Below, one piece after another: positions 8,283 through 18,900 of a DNA stretch of 31,469 nucleotides (positions are counted from its first letter, which is position 1; each line of letters opens with the position of its first letter). The stretch spans positions 1 through 31,469 of the IMG/VR virus record IMGVR_UViG_3300044580_000297. The stretch is one strand, 5' to 3'. The stretch is from a virus (taxonomy: Duplodnaviria; Caudoviricetes). Under the pieces are notes generated by a model. The model did not search any database. It was given only the letters and a program-made list of their open reading frames with translations, and was not told the origin of the DNA. Both the position numbers and the translations under genes were made by a program.

Positions 8283-8900
8283 ATGGCGAACAATCTAAAC
8301 ATTGACACAACAAAATTTGCTTTTAACGATGAGTATATGTTCCTGCACGACCCAGCGCTTTACCTGGATTTTCACGACGGAACAGGCACTCATCCGTTAG
8401 GATACCTGGAAGCCGAAAAAACCTGGCGCCAGACTATGGAGTATGCGATTTTTAAAACTGGAATACCAGAAAGTGAAATCCGCAGAGACTTAATATCACA
8501 GGAATTTTCGCTTGAAGGAACTTTAAAGCAAATACAGCCAGAGACATTAGCTCTGATTATGCAACGGCGAGTTGATGATACAACCGATGCTAATTGGACA
8601 AGAGTAATTATCGGCACAGAAGTGCCAGCCGCAATCTTCCCGTCAGCTATTCTTATCGGAAAAAATACAGGTGGCAAAGAGTTGCGATTGTATATCCGTA
8701 GATTACAGATAGTTGCGGAAGATATTGAAATAATTTTGGGCGGTAATGACTATGCGGGCGTAAAATTTAAAGGTTTAGCCTTGAAGGATACAGCGCCGAA
8801 AACTACTAACCAAACCTGGCCATTTGACACGGCTCACGCAGACCAGGACAATATAGCCTTTTGGGCTTTTGCGAAAGAAACTGCAACAAGTGGAACATAA
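8283..8900 (+). CDS. major tail tube protein
   Basis: 205 aa beta-rich, LGY motif, GGAGG RBS, followed by hairpin, chaperone and tape measure. Confidence 0.7.
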   Translation: MANNLNIDTTKFAFNDEYMFLHDPALYLDFHDGTGTHPLGYLEAEKTWRQTMEYAIFKTGIPESEIRRDLISQEFSLEGTLKQIQPETLALIMQRRVDDTTDANWTRVIIGTEVPAAIFPSAILIGKNTGGKELRLYIRRLQIVAEDIEIILGGNDYAGVKFKGLALKDTAPKTTNQTWPFDTAHADQDNIAFWAFAKETATSGT

Positions 8901-8904
8901 AACA

Positions 8905-8930
8905 AAGGCTGGCTGAAATATGCCAGCCTT
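8905..8930 (+). terminator. hairpin after tail tube gene (weak terminator or RNA stabiliser)
   Basis: AAGGCTGGC-N8-GCCAGCCTT perfect 9-bp stem, poor U-tract. Confidence 0.55.
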
Positions 8931-8951
8931 ATACTATTGCAAGGAGTGAAT

Positions 8952-9611
8952 ATGATTGTATATCTGCAAGACAGAAAGATAAAAATTAAAGAAATATTAC
9001 AGGATAACTACAATGATTTAGATATTCTGAAAGAGAAACCTATTGCATTTAAAAAAGGTAATTGGTATATAATCGCGCAACCTGTGAAGTTTATTGAACA
9101 TGATGCATTCTTACAGCAGATGTCAAGTTTGCTGATGAAATATTATGAAATATTTAAGCAGATTGATTTACTCACAATGTTTGATTACAAGAAAGCAGGA
9201 ATATTGGAACAAGTTGTTAATAGTTTAACAATATTTCAAGCAAGTAAAAAATATAATAAGTTTATCAAAGATGCTGTTAAATTCTGTACAAAGTGGTGCT
9301 ATGTTGCTAACGAAATAAATAAATATGCGAAACGAAGCAAATGGAGAGCAAGAAAAATAATATATGAATTAAATCCTGCTGAACTAATATATTTATTGTA
9401 TGTGTTATTTGTGTTTAACTTTGATATTGTAAAAAAAAATACCATTCAGTTTCTTGCAATGTTCACAGGCCAGGAAATCAACAGCAAGCTCTCACAATCG
9501 GGCACATTATCAGTTGGTACGAACAAAAAGGAATTGAAAATGCCACCATATTCAGAAAATCCTTTGCCAGTTTCAGTGTTGGACTTGTTAGAGGAGCAGA
9601 GCAGGCAATGA
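8952..9611 (+). CDS. tail assembly chaperone (gpG-like); -1 frameshift product would end at 9670
   Basis: Between tube and tape measure; AAGGAG RBS favours ATG 8952 over TTG 8937. Confidence 0.65.
   Translation: MIVYLQDRKIKIKEILQDNYNDLDILKEKPIAFKKGNWYIIAQPVKFIEHDAFLQQMSSLLMKYYEIFKQIDLLTMFDYKKAGILEQVVNSLTIFQASKKYNKFIKDAVKFCTKWCYVANEINKYAKRSKWRARKIIYELNPAELIYLLYVLFVFNFDIVKKNTIQFLAMFTGQEINSKLSQSGTLSVGTNKKELKMPPYSENPLPVSVLDLLEEQSRQ
9431..9439 (+). promoter_or_regulatory. putative programmed -1 ribosomal frameshift site (A AAA AAA)
   Basis: A9 run in-phase as X XXY YYZ. The -1 frame has a stop at 9422-9424 and is then open to TAA 9668-9670. Confidence 0.7.
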
Positions 9612-9682
9612 TGGAATTAGATACAATTCAGATCCAGGATAAGAAAGTCCAGAGATTAGTAAAAAAGTAAAGAGGTTAACCG

Positions 9683-11629
9683 ATGGCATCAGCCAATGAA
9701 ATTTTGATAAAATTAAATGCTGACAACAGCCAGCTCAAAGATAAATTGAAGCAGGCCGAAAAAGACGTTGAAGGATTTTCAAAAAAGACAGTCGAAAACA
9801 GCAACAAAATTGGCGGTGCTTTTAAAGCAATAGGGATGGCCGTAAAAACATATATCGGCGGGTATGTCATTAAGGAAATGATGCGGATAGCAGAAGAGAG
9901 CATCAACGTTGAGAAAGGATTTAAAAATTTATCAGATACAGCAGAAGGCGGGAGTAAAGCCTTATTGAAGGCAATGCAACAGGCCAGCGCAGGAATGATT
10001 GACCAGACTAACCTTATGAAGTCGGCTAACCTTGCGATACAACTTATGGGGCAAGATGTCATCGAAAAATTGCCAGAAATGGCAAAGATTGCAACGGCTA
10101 TTGCTCAGCAACGGGGCGAAGATGCCAGCAAAATGCTCAACGATTTAGTTGTTGCGGCTGGCCGACAGTCAGTAATGATACTTGACAACCTGGGCATCAG
10201 TAGCGTCAGAGCAGGACAGTTGATGGAAGAGTATGCCAGTAAATTAGGGAAAACAAGAGACCAGCTAACCGAAACAGAAAAACGTTCAGCTTTTTTCTAT
10301 GCCACTATGAAAGCAGGAAATGAAATCGTTGCACAGGGTGGCGGGGTTGTTGATGATTATGCGACCAGGATTGCAAGGCTCAAAGCAAAAACAACAGACT
10401 TAGCTGATGCAACGTCCAGATTATTAGTACCTATTTTTGAAAAATTTGTTAGTCTCTTAACAAAACTGATTGATAGTATGCAAAATGCTATCGATGAATA
10501 TAATGAATTTTCAGAATTAGTAGACACAGGAAAGGTTGACGTCGCAGGACAATGGGCAAAGGAAGCAATTGAAAGCTCAAAATGGTGGCAAGAAAATTAT
10601 AAAATACAAGAAAAATTATATAGTGACAAGTACGGATGGGAGCAAAAGTATCAACAGCTATTGCAAAAAGGATATACCGATGAAGAGATAAGAGCTAAAA
10701 AAAGAGAGATAATAGCAAAAGGATTATATGAAAAATTTTATCAATTAAGTTACGAACAGCAAAAGCAAGCCATTTTGGGAGTGCAGAAAAAGACAGGGAA
10801 AGCGATAACACCAAAAGTAAGTCCAGTAGGAACAGAAGTTAGTGAAAAAGACATCATAAACTATTCAAAGGAATTTAGTGACACGGCCATAAAGGTTGCG
10901 GAGAGTTTCGAAAAAATTAGACAGTATGCTATGGCTGGTGACCTGGAAGCAACAGCAAAAGCGATGCAGGAATTACAAAAACAAGGGTTAATCACAGGGA
11001 AGACAAATAAGCAATTTGCCGAAAGTATGGCTCAAATGGCAATCGAAGCGAAAGCGCAGGGCTATGCCGTAAATGAATTGACAGGAGCTTTACAATCATT
11101 AGAGAATGCCACAAAGCAAAGTCTCTATGAAATGCTATGGGGCAAAAATGGATGGGATAAATTCAAAGATGCTTTTAAAAATATAATTAAACAGCTTGTT
11201 GCCGATATTCTATATTTGACTGCCAAGACGGCCGCACTTCAAGCGATAATGTCATCAACGGGAGTGGGTGCTTTTGGCGGAAATAATTTTGTAGGCCAAG
11301 TGCTTAGCAAAATATTTGAACGGGGGCGAGTGCCAGCGTTCAGCAATGGAAGAGTGCCAGCCTATCCTAATGGCTACATACCGAGTGACCATTTTCTTGC
11401 GTATATCGGAACAAAAGAAGCTATTATAAGAAAGGAAGCAACACAGGCCAACAGGGACATATTAGCCTGGATGAATGCCAACAATGGTAGGCGATATGAT
11501 GCAAATAGCAACGTCGTAGTGAATATCACAGGAAATGTCCTATCAAAAGACTTTATCCAGAGCCAAGTAATACCAATTATTCAGAATGAGTTACGATATA
11601 AAGGCCAAAAAACTTTTGGGGTGAAATAA
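9683..11629 (+). CDS. tail tape measure protein
   Basis: EILIKLNADNSQLK start, long helical Ala/Lys-rich body, GRQSVMILDNLGI motif, C-terminal VVVNITGNV. Confidence 0.9.
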   Translation: MASANEILIKLNADNSQLKDKLKQAEKDVEGFSKKTVENSNKIGGAFKAIGMAVKTYIGGYVIKEMMRIAEESINVEKGFKNLSDTAEGGSKALLKAMQQASAGMIDQTNLMKSANLAIQLMGQDVIEKLPEMAKIATAIAQQRGEDASKMLNDLVVAAGRQSVMILDNLGISSVRAGQLMEEYASKLGKTRDQLTETEKRSAFFYATMKAGNEIVAQGGGVVDDYATRIARLKAKTTDLADATSRLLVPIFEKFVSLLTKLIDSMQNAIDEYNEFSELVDTGKVDVAGQWAKEAIESSKWWQENYKIQEKLYSDKYGWEQKYQQLLQKGYTDEEIRAKKREIIAKGLYEKFYQLSYEQQKQAILGVQKKTGKAITPKVSPVGTEVSEKDIINYSKEFSDTAIKVAESFEKIRQYAMAGDLEATAKAMQELQKQGLITGKTNKQFAESMAQMAIEAKAQGYAVNELTGALQSLENATKQSLYEMLWGKNGWDKFKDAFKNIIKQLVADILYLTAKTAALQAIMSSTGVGAFGGNNFVGQVLSKIFERGRVPAFSNGRVPAYPNGYIPSDHFLAYIGTKEAIIRKEATQANRDILAWMNANNGRRYDANSNVVVNITGNVLSKDFIQSQVIPIIQNELRYKGQKTFGVK

Positions 11630-12969
11630 TGAAATATAAATGGCGATATGGAATAGTTAACGAAGTCACTATAACAAATAATAATATAATCGGAGTTGGT
11701 GAAGATGATATAATACACGATGAAGATGATAGTCTGTATGTCTCAGCCAGCACAGGAAATGATACAACAGGTGACGGATCATATTCAAATCCGTTTGCAA
11801 CTATTCAGAAAGCAATCGGTGAATTAGATACACAAGTCAAAATAACTATATTAGATAGCGAAGTATATTATACCAACGAAGTTGCGAGTGAGCATATAAT
11901 AATTGATGGAATTACATTACAAGCAATACCAGGACAACAGCCTATTATTACAATAGACACAGCAAAAGAATATGATACCGAAATTATAGAGTTAGCAAAT
12001 GAAGGCCAGATAATCAATATTACCATACAAGGGCAAATCCTGGATGAAGACATAACAGGAATATTGCTAACAGAAGGAACAGTAAAGAATTGTGAAGTAA
12101 AAGACTTAAATTACTGCGGGATTGATATTGTTTCAGGGACTGTCCAGAATACAATAATACACGATATAAATGGAAATGCCGATAGCTATGGCATAGTTAC
12201 AGAAAGCACGGCTACATCAGCAACGATTGAAGACTGTTTATTATATAATTGCGGGATGGTAGGCATACAGAGCGATACAGCCAAAGTTACGATTAGCCAT
12301 TGCACCATAATCGATAATTTAGTTGGAGTGCAAGGACTAAATAATGCCGAAATAGAATTGAATGACAATATTATCTATAACAATATTGTTTATGATATTG
12401 ACAGCAACAATGTTACTAATGGAATAAACTGTATAGCTAAAACAAAATACACAATTGTAGGCGGGACAGTTATTACTGCTAATCCGTTATTAAATGAAAA
12501 CTATGGATTGACTTATACAGTAGACAGCCCGAACAGCATCGGGATTATATCACCTTGCATCTTGATAGCAAGCGATGGAAGGGATTTGGGTTGCTATAAT
12601 GTTACCAGGATAATAAACACAACGATTGCTGGCTCATTTGAAACTGAACGTCCATTGATAAGAAGAGAACGCAAAGAGCCAGTAAATCAAAACTATTATG
12701 TAACATACAATAAAAAGATTATTAATTATGCGGATGGAACAGTTGACATAGTATATTTGCAATGGCCAGACAATTATGTGCTCAACCAGAGCGAACTATT
12801 AAACATAATAACGGCCTATGAAACAGACGGCTACATACAACTTGATGAAGGGTATGGCTATTCAACGTATATAATCAATAAAAATAATAATTTTCAGTGG
12901 GTAAAGGCTCTTAATATAGAAGACAATACTTATGCGATGAGTATAGAATTGGAGCTCATAAAGATATGA
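11629..12969 (+). CDS. tail protein with right-handed parallel beta-helix (DUF1565-like start), distal-tail position
   Basis: LYVSASTGNDTTGDGSYSNPFATIQKAI followed by PbH1-like repeats (I.NC.I..N...GI) and SPCI...GRDLG. Confidence 0.75.
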   Translation: MKYKWRYGIVNEVTITNNNIIGVGEDDIIHDEDDSLYVSASTGNDTTGDGSYSNPFATIQKAIGELDTQVKITILDSEVYYTNEVASEHIIIDGITLQAIPGQQPIITIDTAKEYDTEIIELANEGQIINITIQGQILDEDITGILLTEGTVKNCEVKDLNYCGIDIVSGTVQNTIIHDINGNADSYGIVTESTATSATIEDCLLYNCGMVGIQSDTAKVTISHCTIIDNLVGVQGLNNAEIELNDNIIYNNIVYDIDSNNVTNGINCIAKTKYTIVGGTVITANPLLNENYGLTYTVDSPNSIGIISPCILIASDGRDLGCYNVTRIINTTIAGSFETERPLIRRERKEPVNQNYYVTYNKKIINYADGTVDIVYLQWPDNYVLNQSELLNIITAYETDGYIQLDEGYGYSTYIINKNNNFQWVKALNIEDNTYAMSIELELIKI

Positions 12970-15900
12970 TAAAATACAATGGCATAGATATTGCTAATAG
13001 CATCCTGGAATATAATGTCAATTCTGTTATTGATATTAATACTAATATTGAACGAACAGAAGTCGAAATAGTAATTGCAAAAAATAACATAATTAATTAT
13101 ACAGAAGATACTATTGTAGAAATAGAAGGGCAGGTATATTATGTCATTGAAGTCAATGATACTATCGATACAATAATTTTAACTTGCCACAATATCGAGT
13201 ATAAGTTATTATATACAGATGGATTTTATTACTATGATGGGGACGGTTTCCAGGATAGCAAGGCTTATGCAGGATATACAACACCAGCCGATCATATCAA
13301 AGCAATATTGTTGCGATATATCAATGAAAATAAAATAGACTATGCAAGTTTCGAGTATGCCCATAATTATTTATACGAATTAGGTATATTATGTGATTGT
13401 GAAGTAAAAATAGAAGATAATACAACGCCGTACGAATTTATCAACAGCCTGTGTCTCAATTTTCTAAAAATAAAAACAAAAAAAGGGAAAATTCAATTAA
13501 TAATAAGCACTTATGATAATGTCAATTATGGCAGGATTATAGACGATAATTTTATTGTTGCTATCAATGAAGTTGGCAAAGTAAAGACAGAAAAATATTA
13601 TACATACAATATTGCCTATGACGACAATGATGAAACTAAAATCGTTCAGCAGAGCATAGGGCAAAACGATGTATGCGATGCCTATCAATACTATATCTAT
13701 GATGAACAGGCTAACTGGAAACAAAACGAGTTAGTAGGCAAATATATATCGATTGGCACAAGCAATATGGTACTACACAAGATTTTTGCCAACACCAGCA
13801 AGTATGTTTATTTTGATAAAATAAATGATAATACTGGAAGCCAGGCCTATGCAATAGTCGATACTAATAATGTCTATAAAGTAGATTATAGTGACTATCC
13901 GATAAAAATGAAGAGCGCTCAATCCGTCGCATCGGTGGGCATCAATGTCCTGCTCAAATATAATTATATTAATTATTATATCAATTTTGAAGTCATTGAT
14001 TGTGACTTAACCGTAGGTGATTATATCATTATACAGTCAGATAAATATCAATTGAACACAAAGCATATTATTACTAATGTCCGTAAAAACAGTAAATCTA
14101 ATGCTATAAAAATAACAGCTTATAGCTACAATGACAGTGACAATATCATAAATGAATATGATTATTCAGATATAACACTAACCGGGCGCAGAGATGAAAC
14201 AAATGCCTACCTGGAATGGAGTAGCATAACAAATGCAATCTATTATAAAATTAAATATGATATGATTGGCCTTTTTGGAATTGAAGTCATAACAACGAAT
14301 GCCATAGCTACCATTAGTAATTTAAAACCGTTTCTGAGTTACAACTTTACCGTCTATGCTTATGATTATGCGGGTCGTGAAATTGGAAGGAGCAATATTT
14401 TAAATTTATATGCCATAGCACAAGATGTCGGATATATTGATGGAAGCGATGGCTATTGGTTCGATTATCCTGGATGGGGATATATCGATGATTATTTTTA
14501 TGCTCTGACATATAAAAATATTAGTGAAGCCGATAAATATTATTTAGCTAAAAACAATCTTGTTATCCTGGATGCCAGCCAAAAGGAAGGTACGCTAACA
14601 ATACAGGATTTTAAGCAAAGCACACTATTTGAAAAATTTTCAGCGAATAAACGGTCTCTTGGTTACATAGACACAGCAGGAGTATCGAATTATCTTGCAG
14701 AGTTTCAATATGATGATGGAAATGGATGTGCAGTTGTCAACGGTTTCGATAAACAAATAACAATCAAAATAAATGGAACAGATACAGTCATACAGCCATG
14801 CCAGGAAATACCAACAAGCAGACAATGGTATATTAAATATGGAAGCGATTATTGCACCTACTGGTACGGAACAGGGTTTCAGCTAAGAGCAACAAATGCG
14901 AATATGAGAGAATGGTTCAAGACAGCAAAAGTAAAATATACAATCGGAATTTTTGAAATTGATACAGCACAAGCAACAGTTGGTACAGATACAATAACAT
15001 TCACAACAACAAAAACATATATAAATAATCAATGGCAAAATTATTTTGTCTGTATAAAGTCAGGAAATAATGAATACTATGCCAAAATACTGTCGAACAC
15101 AGCAAGTACCATTACAACAGAATTAAATAAAAAAATTAGCAATGGAAATTATAAAATATTTATTACATACAACCCATATAAAAGTTTCGATGGATTGTTT
15201 ATGGATGATGTTTGGAGTGAAGTTTACCACAATGGAACGCCAGTGACTTTTGAACAGACACAAGGGACTGGATATTGTGAGAGCGATTTTCTGGAAGATG
15301 AAACGCAGGAATGGGTTGAAGGCCAGTTTGCTAATCAGTATGTATATATCAATGGCCAGCAATTGCTTATTGAATGGAACGATGAAACTTGCTTATACTT
15401 TACAGGATGTACCAGCACAGGCAATGTCTCATATACCATAAAAGATTTTTATACTGTTGAAGAAGGCCAGGAATATTGGCAAGGAATAAAACAATTAATT
15501 CAGGAAGTCGCAACACTTGCAGAGTATGTTAGCTATGAATGGGAAGGCAATGACACAAAATGCCAGAATGGAATAATTGTACTCAATACCTGGCCAGAAC
15601 GATGGTCGGTATACCAGGAGTATGCCAATGCCCTTTGCAATAATTATCGCCACTTGATAATGTTCGAAGCCCTACAATCAACGTGGGATATGCGCAACGA
15701 AGTGACAAGACAATATAATATAATCGATTTTGCCGAAATGATGTCTCGATGGAATAATATGAAAATAACATTGAACAACGGCAAAAAGACAAGGCTTATT
15801 AGTTTAGGCTATCCTTACAGCGAACAATTCTTATTGTCTCACATAGCAACAGGGCTATTGCTAACAGATAGGATTGATAATGTCTGTGATATGGTAGGCG

Positions 15901-18900
15901 CAGGAAACATACCACTCAATCAATTATACTACTGTGCACCGATGGCCAGAGACATAAATATCAATACGACGATAGGTAGGCCGATTGGGAATTACCAACA
16001 GAGTAATAATGATAAATATGGAATAGTTTATAGAGAATTTGACGGTTGCTATATATTATATAATCCGTCATTCAGCATCAAAACAATTCAGATGTCATTG
16101 GGCGAAGATTGCATAAGCTACCCAGAACAGAAAATGTACTTTACTGGAAACAATACAATAATATTGCCACCGATGTCAGCCACAATACTATATAAAAACA
16201 ATGATTATGGGCGGGATGCCTATGAATATCTATATAATTCACGATTGTATGTCAATATTGATAGCAATATCAACTGGATTGTATTTACTCAACAGGGCGC
16301 AAATAAAATTGGCAACAATTCAGTATGGCTCGTAAATGGATATTATTACCAGAACGAAGTCATAAAAGATGGTACACAGCCAATACCAGCAGGCACCATA
16401 AAACAGCTTTTTCATGCAGGTGATGGGATCACAACAAGTGTCGATTATAATGAGCCAGATTATGAAGATGTCGTATTGGGGCAGGCCGATGAAAAAATTG
16501 AATTGAGCAACAAGGGAATTTATGCAATAGTAAAGATAGTATATAATACAACAATATTAGAGCCAGGAACAGACTATGCCATTGAACAGTCAGGCCACAC
16601 AAACGCAGGATGGACAACAAAGATAGTCTGTCTCAATTCAGACTTTGATAGCGATACAGTAAGAGTATATTACTATGCGCAGACTATTAATTCAGGGCAA
16701 CTTGAAACATTACCACAGGGATTAGGATTTTTTGGATGTTGCTATGGCGGGAAAAATCTAACATTGAAAACTGGCGATATAAACCAGGAAGACTGTGACG
16801 TAACACTAACAGAAGGCGAAGACTATTACAGAATAATATTGTCAAATATAAATACCTGGCAATATAGGAAAATCGTCCATAAAGCAGATAAAAGCGAAAC
16901 GATAGATATAAAACTAAATGCGAATGAAATATATCAATATTTTGATAACAAGTCTATTCAGGGAATACATTGGGGGACAGTTGATTGTGACAATTGCATA
17001 TTAGTGAATGCTAATGGAACGTCGAAATGGAATGAAAAAAACGGCGCCATAATAGAAACAACAAAAACAATAGCAAAGCCGAAAGTGCTTGTCTATGGGT
17101 TCAGAACAAAAGCCAGAGAAGATAACGGTGCACCAGTACCACCAGCTGACAGAGTTATTGACAATTGGAGTATAGCCTCAATCTTATATAATAAAATCGG
17201 GGTTTATTATGATGATGTCATCGTCACAGGGGATTATGATGGAGTGCTCAATACAAGCAACGATGGTGGCAAATATGGAAGCATCAATGGCTTATTAAAT
17301 GATACCAGCAAAGGCCTGGATACAATAGACAAAATAATAGATTATTTTGATGTCATTATTATGGCCGATTATTTTACAGAATTTGCGTCAGGCCAGGAAA
17401 AGACACAATGGTGTAGCTGGCTCGAAGTCAATGATTATACATTGATAAAAAATTATTTAAAAAGAAGAGAGTTGAACGGCCAAAAAGGGCTAATAATCGA
17501 TAACAGGGGTGTATTGAATGCTTTTGTGTATGCTGGACTGGATGAGCCAGTAAAGAATAGTTTGCTGAATAAAAAGAACAGCCGAAACTTAACCGATGTC
17601 GCAGGGATATTAGCTTATGGAACAATTGACGTCAATGATTATATCAATTCTTTAAGTGAATTGTATATTAAGGATGAAGATGGAAATTATGTAAAGAATA
17701 CCATACTGAGCGATTATAGGTTTATAAAAAATATCGATAAACTGACAGACTATATAGCCATTGATACTGAGCCAGTTGTCAATATTTGGGAGCAGAACAG
17801 CGAATATATATTCTTTATACCAAAAAGTCGCAACTCAAAAAATTATATAAAAACAAAAGCCATAGATAGCAACAACTTATATTTAAAATGGCACAACTAT
17901 TTGGATGCAGACAATACAGATTTTGAAAAATATGAAAATGCCAGTGAATGCGCAATGCCGATTAAAAGGATGCCAGGCTTTTTGTATAACGATATAGGAA
18001 ACTTTAATACAGTGGGCGTAGCAGGTTGGAGCGAAACATTAGGGAACAACTACACAGAAGAGAACATTGTACAGCCTACGCCAATCATGGGTGAATTTGG
18101 TGACTTATGGTTCAATCCGATAATTAAGTACTCACAGGATGAAGTTGACTTAATAACATATAAATTTTTATACCTACTGGAAGCCGATGATGAAAATTAT
18201 AAAAGTTTATTTACTTATAATTACCCATTGTCTCAGTTATGGGAAGGTTTTAAAGGTTTTTATATAGCCAGCGCAGACAAAGAATATTTGCGTTCATACT
18301 ACCCAACCTTTGAAATCAATCGAAGTGCCTTTACTCATTACAGCCCTGGCGGTTCATACTTTACAGTTGAACGATGGGGGTATGCGCACGGTTCAGATAA
18401 AGCATCGCAAAATACTAACGTCAAAATAAATTATAGCAATTTATTCAAAATTAATACCTGGTCGGATGATATTCAGGACGTCATTAGAATTAGCTATGCC
18501 AGTGGCGGTCAGAATAAGATAGTACCATTGCAAAGAATGCAAGGAACGTACATTTGGCCTTATGAAGGCAAGATTGTTAATCAAGTCAAAAATTATGACG
18601 GCACAGTCGATTTATATTTGAATGCCAGTGAAATAAATGTCGCAGATATACCGATTGAAGAGCCACTTGCAACAGGAACATTATTAAAAGCACTTATGGT
18701 CGTACAAGATACTAATTATTCACTATGTCGGTTAAGTATAGCCACAACAGGGTACACAGGGAAATATATTTTTATATTTACTACGGGTGGTATAAAAATA
18801 TACCAGATAATTTATAGTGCAGGCGAGTATCTCTATGGTGAGCGATTGAAATGGAATGAAATAGTAATTAAAGAAAAACAGTGGATATTAGCCCCATACG

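Noticed and set aside
11320-11375. Short tandem GRVPA repeat at the tape measure C-terminus
   Set aside because: A variant of the common F..GG-type motif region in tape measure proteins; unremarkable.
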